This document shows, piece by piece, positions 27,637 to 36,791 of a stretch of 60,734 bases of DNA. Both the position numbers and the translations under genes were made by a program. Each line of letters opens with the position of its first letter. The first letter of the stretch is position 1. The stretch comes from a virus (taxonomy: Duplodnaviria > Caudoviricetes), in IMG/VR virus record IMGVR_UViG_3300042350_001432, positions 1-60,734 of that record; one strand, given 5' to 3'. A model generated the notes under the pieces. That model was given only the letters and a program-made list of their open reading frames with translations, was not told the origin of the DNA and did no database searches.

Positions 27637-28494
27637 ATGACCACCAAGTTCGACATCTACCAAGACGTTACCGACCGCATCGTCAACGCGCTGGAGCAGG
27701 GCGCAGCCCCGTGGCTCAAGCCGTGGGCCGAAGGCAAGTGCGGCGGCTCAAGCCCCCACAACGCCGCCACTGGCCGCGCGTACAGCGGCATCAACTGGCT
27801 GGTGCTGTCCTGCTCATCCTACACGGCAGACGGCTGGCTGACCTATAAGCAGGCCACTGAGCTTGGCGGCCAAGTGCGCAAGGGCGAGAAGGGCACCCAC
27901 ATCGTGTTCTGGTCCTTCCCCAAGATCCAGCAGGACGACGGCACCTTCAAGGCTGTGCCGTTCGCCAAGGGCTATGTCGTGTTCAACGTGCAGCAGTGCG
28001 ACGGCCTTGACGCCGCCAAGCTCAAGGGCATGGAGCCCGTGGTCGCTGGCGACACGTCGATCAACGCACTGGCAGCGCGCGTGGGCGCGGACGTGCGCCA
28101 CGGCGGCAAAAAAGCGTTCTACACGCCGCAGGGCGACTACGTCGGCATGCCCACCGCCGACAGCTTCGCCAGCCCCGACGCATACGCCGCGACCCTCGCC
28201 CACGAACTGGTCCACTGGACTGGCCACAAATCGCGCTGCGACCGCCAGTTCGGCAAGCGCTTTGGCGACGACGCCTATGCGTTCGAGGAACTGGTCGCTG
28301 AAATCGGCAGCGCCTTCGTCTGCGCGCAGATGGGCATCCCGCTCGAAAACCTCCAGCATTCCAGCTACATCGCTTCGTGGCTCAAGGTGCTGAAAGCGGA
28401 CAAGCGCGCAATCTTCACCGCATCCTCGCAGGCAAAGCGCTCATCGGAATTTTTGATCACAAACGAACCTGTGATCGAAGAAATCGCAGCCTGA
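27637..28494 (+). CDS. ardC: ArdC-family antirestriction protein (ssDNA-binding domain plus zincin metallopeptidase)
   Basis: IYQ.VTDRI...PW.KPW...Y.GIN...W.TY.QA..LGGQVRKGEKG; HELVHWTGH; YAFEELVAE. Confidence 0.92.
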   Translation: MTTKFDIYQDVTDRIVNALEQGAAPWLKPWAEGKCGGSSPHNAATGRAYSGINWLVLSCSSYTADGWLTYKQATELGGQVRKGEKGTHIVFWSFPKIQQDDGTFKAVPFAKGYVVFNVQQCDGLDAAKLKGMEPVVAGDTSINALAARVGADVRHGGKKAFYTPQGDYVGMPTADSFASPDAYAATLAHELVHWTGHKSRCDRQFGKRFGDDAYAFEELVAEIGSAFVCAQMGIPLENLQHSSYIASWLKVLKADKRAIFTASSQAKRSSEFLITNEPVIEEIAA

Positions 28495-28507
28495 CATCAA
28501 ACGGGCC

Positions 28508-28537
28508 TTGCCAAACAGGGCATAATGCCCTACGACA
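28508..28537 (+). promoter_or_regulatory. Early promoter with AGGGC-N5-GCCCT operator
   Basis: TTGCCA aac AGGGC ataat GCCCT. Confidence 0.65.
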
Positions 28538-28601
28538 ATCAGGCGGCAGCAAGTCGCAGTCGCGTAAATCCTATTAAAGCTGATTTTATTGGAGACTTAC
28601 C

Positions 28602-28922
28602 ATGGCAACGATTTTCTCTCGCGCCCACAACCTGACCGACATCGACCAGCTTGGTGAGATCAAGGCTCAGATTGCGGACCTGACTGCGGTGGCTGACAAG
28701 CTGTCCGCGCAGATCAAGGAGCTTGGCGCAGGCAGCCACGACGGCGACATGTTCACCGCCACCGTGTCGGTGATCAACGAGCGCTGGTCCGCTGATCCCA
28801 AGGCTATCGAAGCCAAGCTGCTGGCGGTGCTGGGCGAAAAGTCTTTCGCATCGTTCGTGGCTGCGCACCAGAAGCGCACCGCTGGCTACACCAGCCTCAA
28901 GCTTGCAGCCCGCAAGTCGTGA
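28602..28922 (+). CDS. Early hypothetical protein
   Basis: GGAG SD; IDQLGEIKAQIADL coiled coil. Confidence 0.75.
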   Translation: MATIFSRAHNLTDIDQLGEIKAQIADLTAVADKLSAQIKELGAGSHDGDMFTATVSVINERWSADPKAIEAKLLAVLGEKSFASFVAAHQKRTAGYTSLKLAARKS

Positions 28923-28975
28923 TCATCACCGGGGCGGTCACAGTGCCGCCCCAACACCTGCAAGGAGCAAGACGC

Positions 28976-29131
28976 ATGATCACCCCAATCGAACAAGCCC
29001 GCCAGCACATTGCAGAATTGGCCCGCAAGGACGGTGAAATAATATTTTCCCGTGAGGTTATTGCTGGCTGCTGGGATCATCGCGACGATGTGCAGGCCGC
29101 ACTGTGCCGCTTTCAGGAGCAAGACGCATGA
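28976..29131 (+). CDS. Early hypothetical protein
   Basis: RBS AAGGAGCAAG before ATG 28976. Confidence 0.65.
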   Translation: MITPIEQARQHIAELARKDGEIIFSREVIAGCWDHRDDVQAALCRFQEQDA

Positions 29132-29310
29132 TCACCATGGACACCTACACCGCAGTTGGTTTGGCCGAAGGCTTCATCGAAGCTGACGACGAACAGCAGA
29201 TCATCGATGCGTGGCAGACGCTGCATGACACTGGTCTGGCATACCGCCTGCAAGGCTTTTTTGGGCGCACCGCTCAAGACCTGATCGCCCAAGGCGTGAT
29301 CAGCGAATAA
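29128..29310 (+). CDS. Early hypothetical protein
   Basis: RBS AGGAGCAAG; WQ.L.DTG.A..LQG.FGRTA..LI..G motif. Confidence 0.75.
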   Translation: MITMDTYTAVGLAEGFIEADDEQQIIDAWQTLHDTGLAYRLQGFFGRTAQDLIAQGVISE

Positions 29311-29333
29311 CCGTCAACCAAGGAGCAAAAACA

Positions 29334-29561
29334 ATGACCAAGACACTCGTAAAACTGACTATCGGCATGGAACATTACCTGATCGATTTGAAGGACGCCA
29401 CGGCGATCATGGAAACGCTGGCAGGGTGCAAGCGCCTGTCGCTGGAATGGGACAGCGAAACCGACAAGTATCTCACCGTCATTAAGCAAACGGAAATTTC
29501 GATCCGCATGGCAAACCCGGAAGAGGTTTCCGCCCCGCCTTACAAAGAACAGGGAGATTGA
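29334..29561 (+). CDS. Early hypothetical protein
   Basis: RBS AAGGAGCAAA. Confidence 0.7.
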   Translation: MTKTLVKLTIGMEHYLIDLKDATAIMETLAGCKRLSLEWDSETDKYLTVIKQTEISIRMANPEEVSAPPYKEQGD

Positions 29562-29566
29562 GGCCC

Positions 29567-29662
29567 ATGCACCTGTTCGCAATCCTCATAGCGTTGTGGG
29601 TTCTGGTCGTCCTGATCCCCGACGACCATGATCCGGGTGACGGGCGGGACTGGTGGGACTGA
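29567..29662 (+). CDS. Small membrane peptide (31 aa)
   Basis: MHLFAILIALWVLVVLIPDD...WWD, translated by hand; fills an operon gap. Confidence 0.45.
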   Translation: MHLFAILIALWVLVVLIPDDHDPGDGRDWWD

Positions 29663-29663
29663 C

Positions 29664-29900
29664 ATGACCAAGGACGAATACCGGGCCGCACTGCAACGCA
29701 TGGGGCTCCGTCAGGTGGACGTGTCGTGGATCACAGGGGTGACGCATCGCCATGGCCGCAAGTGGGCTAATGGCGACACCCCGATCCCCCAGTCCGTATC
29801 CCTTTTGCTGACCGCCCTTGAGGAAGGCCGGATCACCCCGCGATGGCTCAAAAAGCACATCCCGATTGACCCGCCATATAATTCCAGTGAGCGCGCCTAA
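29664..29900 (+). CDS. XRE/Cro-like HTH protein
   Basis: MT..EYRAAL.RMGL.Q..V....GV..R....W.NG..PIP pattern. Confidence 0.75.
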   Translation: MTKDEYRAALQRMGLRQVDVSWITGVTHRHGRKWANGDTPIPQSVSLLLTALEEGRITPRWLKKHIPIDPPYNSSERA

Positions 29901-30529
29901 AACGGGATTTCATCGTCAAGGTCGCCTTGGGTGTCGTGAACGTCATCCAAGGCGTCTCCCACGTCCCGCCTTAGCTGGACTACCTCCGCAGCCGGGAACG
30001 CGCTCTTAACGGCCTCTACGGGGCTCAGAGCGTCCAATATCACCGCCATCTCAGCCAGCGTATAGACACAGGCATTCTGGCGGCCCATTTTATAGTCTGT
30101 GGCGTCGTCAATGGTCCTGACGATCACATGCACCAACCCGGACGCCCCGACGACCTCCCAAGCTTCTGTTGGGCACCGCTCCAAGCCTGCATCGCCTGCG
30201 GCCTTGTCGAGCGCCTTCCAGCCATTGATCATGCGCCTGCACTGGGTCTTCACCCCTTCCAAATCGCCATGCCATATAGCTTGATTGGTCAGGTATCGCT
30301 GCCGGTCGAACTTCTCCCGTATCTCTGGGCCGACCATCAGCCGCAGCCTGCCTGCTCCCCACTTATGCTCCATGCCTTCCACGCACAGCGTCAGTTCATC
30401 CACCCACGCCTGTCCGGTGATATACATCCCGTAAGTTTTTTGCCACGGCGCTGCATCAAACCTGCGTTCACGGGGCACCACCTCGCGCCACTGGTTCTGC
30501 CCCGCGTATTTTTTCGTTTCCTTGGCCAT
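29897..30529 (-). CDS. Hypothetical protein
   Basis: 210 aa ending LDDEIPF, an SSB-tail-like acidic terminus. Confidence 0.7.
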   Translation of the reverse strand: MAKETKKYAGQNQWREVVPRERRFDAAPWQKTYGMYITGQAWVDELTLCVEGMEHKWGAGRLRLMVGPEIREKFDRQRYLTNQAIWHGDLEGVKTQCRRMINGWKALDKAAGDAGLERCPTEAWEVVGASGLVHVIVRTIDDATDYKMGRQNACVYTLAEMAVILDALSPVEAVKSAFPAAEVVQLRRDVGDALDDVHDTQGDLDDEIPF

Positions 30530-30923
30530 GTCCTGATCCCTTTAATAAAATAATCCAACGCCGGTTCGCAGCATACACCACAGGCGTACCTGCCTCCTGC
30601 TTCAACACCACCTTGCCATCAGCATAGGCCGCAACCTTTGCCAGCACCCACGCCATAATCGACGGATGATGCTCATTCAGCAGCTTCACGTCGGCCTTGG
30701 TTGCTGCCTTGCCGTTTAGGATACCCACTTCAAAAACATTCTTGGGCGCTGCCTCATCCAAATGCACCTTCACATTGATCCACCCATCCCTGCATTTGTC
30801 CGGGCAAATGACCAGATGCCACTTTCCCCGTTTGGCCATCAGCAGGTGCGGCTGCGTCCGCAAATAATTCCTCCGGCCATATCGCACCCCAACCTCCCCA
30901 ACCTTGGGCATACGTCTCGCCAT
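30468..30923 (-). CDS. Hypothetical protein
   Basis: GGAGG SD before ATG 30923. Confidence 0.6.
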   Translation of the reverse strand: MARRMPKVGEVGVRYGRRNYLRTQPHLLMAKRGKWHLVICPDKCRDGWINVKVHLDEAAPKNVFEVGILNGKAATKADVKLLNEHHPSIMAWVLAKVAAYADGKVVLKQEAGTPVVYAANRRWIILLKGSGHGQGNEKIRGAEPVARGGAP

Positions 30924-31155
30924 GCCATCCCTCCATCAACCGACAATCAAATCAGCCACAAACCTGTTTCCCCATACGCTTCGCGGATGCATCACCCGCG
31001 ACCGAAGGGAGAGCGGATGGGAGCGACAGCGACCTTCCGCGTCGGGTGAAGCTTCCGCATATGCCCAACAGACCTATCCCCAAACCGCTCACCCTTCCCA
31101 CCTACCATCGGCAGGCTGCAAGCCGCCGACCCGCTGTATACGTTTAGTATCAGGG

Positions 31156-31388
31156 TACTTCCGCCAATTACCTCCGCCGGGATTATCCTTTGTTTTCAAC
31201 GCTTGGCGGAAGTAGGCGGAAGTAACTTTGGATTACCTCCGCCATTTACCTCCGCCAATTACCTCCGCCAGATTTATCCTTTGTTTTCAACGCTTGGCGG
31301 AAGTAGGCGGAAGTAGGCGGAAGTAGATTTGGGCTTACCTCCGCCATTTGGCGGAAGTACGGCGGAAGTAGATTTGCTTACCTCCGCC
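31156..31388. repeat. Iteron-like array, putative replication origin
   Basis: 14 copies of TAC[CT]TCCGCC (7 forward, 7 inverted) plus a duplicated ttatcctttgttttcaacgctt spacer; non-coding. Confidence 0.8.
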
Positions 31389-31403
31389 ATCGCTGTTGTT
31401 CCT

Positions 31404-31622
31404 TCATCGCAACTCAAGCACAGTCATTGGCACGTCTAAAGAGAGCAGGAAGTTGTGGCGGGCAGCGCGATATGCGTCCAGAAACTTGCCCTTAAGAAGC
31501 TTTTGGGGTGGCGGTTCAGGAGACCACTCAACAACGAGCGGTAAGACCGACCCTTGGAGATCAAGGATGAACTCAGCGCTGTATTTCTTATTAATTTTAT
31601 ATTCCTTACGGTAAGCCATCAT
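31404..31622 (-). CDS. Hypothetical protein
   Basis: SD aaggag. Confidence 0.6.
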   Translation of the reverse strand: MMAYRKEYKINKKYSAEFILDLQGSVLPLVVEWSPEPPPQKLLKGKFLDAYRAARHNFLLSLDVPMTVLELR

Positions 31623-31633
31623 CGGTTTTCTCC

Positions 31634-31822
31634 TTATTTGTTGGGCAGGAGGGCTTCAAGCTCCCTGATCGCCCACTGGATGCCTTGGATCTCCACACCC
31701 ATGTCATGCAGACCATGGGCGTCGTGTGACTGTAGGAACACGTCTGCCATAGCCCAGCATGTAGCCTCGCGCTCCCGCAGCGACGTGATGCGTTCTGATG
31801 GGCTGTTGCGTAAAGCGCTCAT
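31634..31822 (-). CDS. Hypothetical protein
   Basis: ATGA overlap with the upstream gene. Confidence 0.6.
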   Translation of the reverse strand: MSALRNSPSERITSLREREATCWAMADVFLQSHDAHGLHDMGVEIQGIQWAIRELEALLPNK

Positions 31823-31995
31823 GGCTCCCGCCGCCGAAACTTCCCCAGCACATCCCTATCCGGCGTCAACTGGCGCATCTTGGCCAGTTCCTCATTCAGC
31901 GCAGCCACCTGCCCTTGCAGGGTGCCATTGATAACCAGCAACGCCGCTATAGCTATGCACAGCAGCGTGGCACCAAAGATAACTGACATTGACAT
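31819..31995 (-). CDS. Small protein with N-terminal TM helix (58 aa)
   Basis: Hand translation MSMSVIFGATLLCIAIAALLVING...RDVLGKFRRREP; purine-rich SD. Confidence 0.6.
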   Translation of the reverse strand: MSMSVIFGATLLCIAIAALLVINGTLQGQVAALNEELAKMRQLTPDRDVLGKFRRREP

Positions 31996-32008
31996 TACCC
32001 TCTCTCCT

Positions 32009-32419
32009 TCAATTGCTGACTTCGCGCGTAGCCTTTGGCCTCAACAGATTAGCGCGACCCCTCGCCACGCCATTAACCCGCGCCCTTTCATAAACGCCGG
32101 GGCGGTTTTCGCGCAGCGCTTCCGTATAACGGGACACTGAACCCCACCCATAATCATGCGCTAATTCGGTCAGGGTTTTTTCGCCAATGTCGCGCCCAGC
32201 AGGCGGCAGCATCGGCGAAGTGCCGGGTGGCCGGGGCGGGTTGTTGGCGCGGCGCTTAGGGGCCTCCTCTTTGGCCATACGCGCTTCCGTTGATTTGGTT
32301 TGGGACAGGTGGGCCCTAGCGCGCTCAGACAAGCTCACCTGCTCCATGCGCCCATCGGAATAAAGATACCAAAACCGTTTGCTGCGGATGATGACACGGC
32401 GGCCAAGCTTACTTGCCAT
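32009..32419 (-). CDS. Hypothetical basic protein
   Basis: Start 32419 overlapping the upstream gene. Confidence 0.6.
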   Translation of the reverse strand: MASKLGRRVIIRSKRFWYLYSDGRMEQVSLSERARAHLSQTKSTEARMAKEEAPKRRANNPPRPPGTSPMLPPAGRDIGEKTLTELAHDYGWGSVSRYTEALRENRPGVYERARVNGVARGRANLLRPKATREVSN

Positions 32420-32735
32420 TGATCGCCCCTTCCGCCTTGTGAATGGCCTGCTGCACATCAGACATCAACCGCAGTGCCGCGTTGGGCTCCGTGCCTCCCG
32501 CGCCGTCGTCCTCATAGTCCGCATATCTATCCAGATATTCCGCACACTCAGACAGCACATATAATAATTCATTAATCATGTTCTGCTCCGCTTTTAATTC
32601 CTGAGACCATTTCGCCAGCGCATCACGCGCCACCCTCAAGGCCTCTTCACTTACGCGGCAAGCCCGCGCCTGACGCGCTTGCTCCTGCGCGGCAATCAAC
32701 GTGTCCAGCACGTTCAATGCTTCTTGGCCCGTCAT
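32409..32735 (-). CDS. Hypothetical protein
   Basis: ATGA overlap; helical sequence. Confidence 0.65.
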   Translation of the reverse strand: MTGQEALNVLDTLIAAQEQARQARACRVSEEALRVARDALAKWSQELKAEQNMINELLYVLSECAEYLDRYADYEDDGAGGTEPNAALRLMSDVQQAIHKAEGAINGK

Positions 32736-32941
32736 GACAAAAGGCCACTTGCTTTTGCAGCATTACGCAGATGGTGCGGGGCATAGGCCCAGCGACGGGT
32801 CACAACCCCGTATTCGCTGCACAGGGCCTGAAGACGATCCTCAGCCTCCCGCAGGGCCCCGGCCAGTTCGTCATGCACGGCAAACACAGCGGCTGCGTCA
32901 GTCAGTATGTCGCGCTCTTGGCGCGGTTGCTCATTTTTCAT
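32732..32941 (-). CDS. Hypothetical protein
   Basis: RBS AAGGAGCAAAC. Confidence 0.7.
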   Translation of the reverse strand: MKNEQPRQERDILTDAAAVFAVHDELAGALREAEDRLQALCSEYGVVTRRWAYAPHHLRNAAKASGLLS

Positions 32942-32963
32942 CGGTTTGCTCCTTAGTGATTAA

Positions 32964-33380
32964 TCAGAAATTAAAATCGCGGAAAGCACTGCGACCGGGG
33001 CGGACATTGCCGCCAATCTCAAAGGTCTTAACGCCAGACTTCTTCCACCTGCGGCGTTCGTTGTCTTCCTCATCGTTCCAGTGGCGCAAGCTGATCTTGA
33101 TCTTAACGCCATCCGGGTTTGGCGTGTATTCGTAGCGCTGCACCTCCTGATTTTCGCAGTGCGCTGCAAAGCCACCGGCAACGAAGCGAAGCTCGTCGCG
33201 GTTGAGCAGTTCAGCGCGGTCAGCGCGCAGCGTCATGGTGGTCGCGGTCTTCTTGATGATGGTATAGGCGTGGACGTCGCTCCACACCGAAACACTGACG
33301 CCGTCACCAACCTTCAAGGCGGAAATGGCGTCTGCTTCTTCGTTGATTTCAGCGGTGCGTTCTGCGGTATAAGTCATCAT
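32964..33380 (-). CDS. Hypothetical protein
   Basis: First gene after an operator-bearing promoter; GGAG SD. Confidence 0.75.
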   Translation of the reverse strand: MMTYTAERTAEINEEADAISALKVGDGVSVSVWSDVHAYTIIKKTATTMTLRADRAELLNRDELRFVAGGFAAHCENQEVQRYEYTPNPDGVKIKISLRHWNDEEDNERRRWKKSGVKTFEIGGNVRPGRSAFRDFNF

Positions 33381-33421
33381 GATAGCATCTCCCTATGGGG
33401 CGCTGCCCCTGTTGGAGTCCC

Positions 33422-33452
33422 ATCATTAGGGCAAACCGCCCTGCCATGTCAA
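33422..33452 (-). promoter_or_regulatory. Promoter with AGGGC-N5-GCCCT operator
   Basis: TTGACA tggc AGGGC ggttt GCCCT AATGAT. Confidence 0.75.
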
Positions 33453-33455
33453 CAT

Positions 33456-35579
33456 TTAATCGTCATACCACCGCGTTTTGACCGGCTCCGGGCTGCCGTC
33501 CTGCAAGCCGCGCAGAACCCTCAGGCCGCGCGTCTTAGCCTTGTGATCAGCGATGCTCACTTCGATCACCTCATTTATCAGCCACGCCCCCAGCATGCGC
33601 TCAGCCAGATCCTGATCAAGGCCCCAGCGGTTGGCCATGATTGCCGCAGCGTATCGACCGTCGCGCTTGGCGTGGTAATGGTTCGACCACGGGCGCTTGG
33701 CTGTCCACGCCTCGCTCATCACATCCAATATCTGCTGGCACACCACCTTGCTGGGCCAGCCTGCCTTGTTGTCTTTAGCCTCGTCTGCTGCCGGCTCAGC
33801 GTACAGGCTGGTGCTTCCCTTGATGTCGCCAAGCTCCACCTTCTTCAGGCGGAAGCCTTGCTTCCACCCGTCTGGTGCCGATTTGATCTTCTTGGCAAAC
33901 ATCTCGCCAACTTCGGATCCCTCTTCGCGGGTGATCGACAGCAGGGCGTCACCAGCCCCGTCAAAGACTGTGGACCCGCGCAAATTGCCATTGCGGCTGG
34001 TGTGATGGACGCCGGCCACCGTTGACCCAAAGACCTCCCGGACACGGTCGCAGGCGGAAATGAACAGCGTCATGTCCTTTTGCAAATTTTCATCCGCACC
34101 CGGCAGCACCCTGCTGACCGTGTCCACGGTGATCAGCACTGGGGGCTCACCCAATTTGTTGGTGATGTCCAGCACCGTGCGCAATAGCTTATCGACGTCG
34201 GCCTCAGCCATGAAATTGATGGTCTGGCGGATCAGGTAGAACGGGATGTCGTCCACGTTGATCCCGGTTTCTTTTTCCCACGCCATGATGCGAAACTTCA
34301 GATCGGCCACGCCTTCGCTCGACAGCAGCACCACAGGTCCATGCTTGTTGATCTTACGACCCCACCACTCAGGCAGGCCAGCGGCGATGGACAGGGCCAT
34401 GCTCAGGGTGATGAACGTCTTGCCGCAGCCCGGAGGCCCGTAGGCAAACAGCAGGGAATTTTCGATCACGATGCCTTCAATCAGGTATCGCGGATCGGGC
34501 AAGGCCTTGATGTCGCCAATACTCAGCGTCTCATACACGTCGATATCAGATTGCGTCAGCGTCAGAGCCCCACCGCCGCCATCACCGGTTGCCTCACCCA
34601 CAACCAGTTCAAGTTTTTTTTCGGGCGCAGGTACGGCTGCCGCCTCCTTTACGCGATCAGTCCACTGCTCCATGGCAGCGTTCCACTTTTGGAAAAACAG
34701 AGACGCGCCGCGACCTTCCCGCTCCAGCAGGATGTGGTTGGGGGTGCCCGGTTCAAACAGCCGGCTCTTGACGCTATGGTCGTATTTGGTGAACGCCTCG
34801 CGCATCTCCCTTTCGGCGTCGGCATCGCTGATGAACGGGCTGACGCGATACAGATGCACGACCCTCGCCCAGATCAGGCGCGTCATGTAATCCTCGCGGC
34901 CATCCACAATCTGGCCAAAGGCGTCTGTGGCCGTCGCAGGGCTGTCTGTGCGCTCTCCGCGCTCGACCTTTGTAAACTGAGACAGAAGCTCGTCGATGGC
35001 CTCTATAAGCCACATAGGGGCTTCTGGGATGGCAATCGTCCACGGCTCATAGCCTTTCAGCCATTCGTAGGACTGGCCGCTCTCATGCTTGCTGGGCGGC
35101 AGCATGGCGAACCCGCCTTGGCCGCGAATGTCCACGCCCATGCTGGTCTTGTTGGTGGGGGATACCCAGCCGTCCGGGGCTTTAAGCAGCAACTGCAAGC
35201 CGCCGCCGCCAGTGCGCTGTGTCGGCGCATTGATCGGGACGCCACGGTTGTGGCAGTCGATCAGGTCATCCAGCCACGTCTTGGCAGCAGGATGGTTATG
35301 GCAGTCCACGTCAAGGACGAACACGCCGCCAGACGCATTGCCGGTAATGATGCCCATGTTGGGGCGGGAACGGAATTCACCGCTCCCGCCAAACCAGCCG
35401 TTGAACGTCTCATCGTCGGCAATGTGATCTTCATAGTCGCGCCACTTGATGACGGGGCGCTTCCACGCCTTATCCTCGCGCGGCATCTTTGCCGGCACGA
35501 CCTGAATGCCAATACCCCGGTACATTTTAGCAAAGTCAGCAGGACCCGCAAAATCGTAATCGAATTGAATATTTTCCAC
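33456..35579 (-). CDS. Bifunctional primase-polymerase fused to a RecA-like (RepA/AAA_25) helicase
   Basis: NMGIITG...VLDVD...TGGGG...DIRGQGG..MLPPS.H (Prim-Pol); GPPGCGKT, ITVDT, VHHTSR..RGS (helicase). Confidence 0.92.
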   Translation of the reverse strand: MENIQFDYDFAGPADFAKMYRGIGIQVVPAKMPREDKAWKRPVIKWRDYEDHIADDETFNGWFGGSGEFRSRPNMGIITGNASGGVFVLDVDCHNHPAAKTWLDDLIDCHNRGVPINAPTQRTGGGGLQLLLKAPDGWVSPTNKTSMGVDIRGQGGFAMLPPSKHESGQSYEWLKGYEPWTIAIPEAPMWLIEAIDELLSQFTKVERGERTDSPATATDAFGQIVDGREDYMTRLIWARVVHLYRVSPFISDADAEREMREAFTKYDHSVKSRLFEPGTPNHILLEREGRGASLFFQKWNAAMEQWTDRVKEAAAVPAPEKKLELVVGEATGDGGGGALTLTQSDIDVYETLSIGDIKALPDPRYLIEGIVIENSLLFAYGPPGCGKTFITLSMALSIAAGLPEWWGRKINKHGPVVLLSSEGVADLKFRIMAWEKETGINVDDIPFYLIRQTINFMAEADVDKLLRTVLDITNKLGEPPVLITVDTVSRVLPGADENLQKDMTLFISACDRVREVFGSTVAGVHHTSRNGNLRGSTVFDGAGDALLSITREEGSEVGEMFAKKIKSAPDGWKQGFRLKKVELGDIKGSTSLYAEPAADEAKDNKAGWPSKVVCQQILDVMSEAWTAKRPWSNHYHAKRDGRYAAAIMANRWGLDQDLAERMLGAWLINEVIEVSIADHKAKTRGLRVLRGLQDGSPEPVKTRWYDD

Positions 35580-35603
35580 GGTAAGCCTCTGATCGATGGG
35601 TAT

Positions 35604-36074
35604 TTAGAAGGGCTTCGCCCCATAATATGCGATGAGGGCAGCGTCAGATCGACCGTCGTCCTTTTTGCGCTGGAACAGATCCGCTTGCGCAGGAAAAAGC
35701 TGCATCGCCCTCTCCCGGCTTCCGTCCTTGCCTGCGCGCTGGCCAACGGCCTTCTGCCACGCCTGAGGCGTCACAAGGGTCGTGGGGATATCATATGCAG
35801 CTAAGATGCCCTCCACAATCCCCGTTGACCGACCGAAGCTGAAAACAGACGTCACGCCCTGACCGGGCATGGCGTTGACCCGCTCAACGAAGGCCGCCTT
35901 GATCGTCGTGCTTGCAAGAAGGTTGGCCAGCGCCTGAGCGCTGACCTCCCTCTTCGTCTTGCCGTTGCGGACAAGCTCCAGCACCGGCATGTCGAACACC
36001 TCAACGGTCTGCTCCGACGTGTCGTAGAGCGCCAGCGCCCCACTCAGGCCGGGATCGATGCCAAGAATGATCAC
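35604..36074 (-). CDS. RuvC-like Holliday junction resolvase
   Basis: ILGIDPGLSGA...FVERV..MPGQGV.S.FSFG...P..WQK...DGRSDAALIA. Confidence 0.88.
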   Translation of the reverse strand: MIILGIDPGLSGALALYDTSEQTVEVFDMPVLELVRNGKTKREVSAQALANLLASTTIKAAFVERVNAMPGQGVTSVFSFGRSTGIVEGILAAYDIPTTLVTPQAWQKAVGQRAGKDGSRERAMQLFPAQADLFQRKKDDGRSDAALIAYYGAKPF

Positions 36075-36307
36075 AGACCCAAAGCCGTCTTATACAAATC
36101 GACCATGGCCTCTTCGGCCTCACGCTCTGCCTTCTCCTTCTTACGAAGGCGGACAATCTGCTTCATGGCCTTAATGTCAAAGCCGGCAGACTTGGCTTCG
36201 GTGTAAACGTCTTTGATGTCGTCAGCGAAGCCCCTCTTTTCCACTTCAAGGGACTCAATGCGTTCGATCAACAGACGCAGGCGTTCGTTTGCTACTTGCT
36301 CAGTCAT
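36071..36307 (-). CDS. gapR: GapR-like (DUF2312/UPF0335) DNA-binding protein
   Basis: RL..LIERIE.LE.EK....DDIKDVY.EAK..GFD.K....IVRLRK...LY..ALG. Confidence 0.9.
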   Translation of the reverse strand: MTEQVANERLRLLIERIESLEVEKRGFADDIKDVYTEAKSAGFDIKAMKQIVRLRKKEKAEREAEEAMVDLYKTALGL

Positions 36308-36495
36308 TTCGTTTGCTCCTCGTTGCGCGCTTCCATCATCGCGTCGGCATATTCATATGCCAAGCGGGCAGCGTCAAACCGCCCATTCTCCTGACAGGAT
36401 GCCTGCAAAACCATGCCGGCAAACCAGTCGCGAAGCTCCATCCCCGGCGTGTGGCCCAGATCCGTCTGACGCGGGTAAACGTAATTGTCCTTCAT
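36304..36495 (-). CDS. Conserved small phage protein
   Basis: GM.LRDWFAG...AY.YADAM..AR motif; SD aaggagg. Confidence 0.75.
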   Translation of the reverse strand: MKDNYVYPRQTDLGHTPGMELRDWFAGMVLQASCQENGRFDAARLAYEYADAMMEARNEEQTK

Positions 36496-36505
36496 CAATG
36501 CCTCC

Positions 36506-36781
36506 TTATTGAATTGTTTGTTTTGCGGCTTCTTCTGCAAGCCCAAGGTTGATGGATTTAACGCTGTCATCAACGCTTTCGCGGATCGCGGTCATCATCT
36601 TGTCAACGAATTCCTCGTTAAAAAGGCCGCACACTATTCCAGACGCGAGGAAATTAGTCAGCATCATGCCCACAACGCCAACAGCAGCAGTAGCGTCTGG
36701 CACAATGGCAGACACAACTGTCTGAGCCGTGTCCGTCGCGCTCACAAGGTCCTGAAATTCAATATGTATGGCGCTTGCCAT
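36506..36781 (-). CDS. Hypothetical protein
   Basis: SD gaggagg. Confidence 0.6.
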   Translation of the reverse strand: MASAIHIEFQDLVSATDTAQTVVSAIVPDATAAVGVVGMMLTNFLASGIVCGLFNEEFVDKMMTAIRESVDDSVKSINLGLAEEAAKQTIQ

Positions 36782-36791
36782 CAAAGCCTCC

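Noticed and set aside
31156-31388. CRISPR array
   Set aside because: Repeats are 10-mers in both orientations with no unique spacers, and no cas genes are present.
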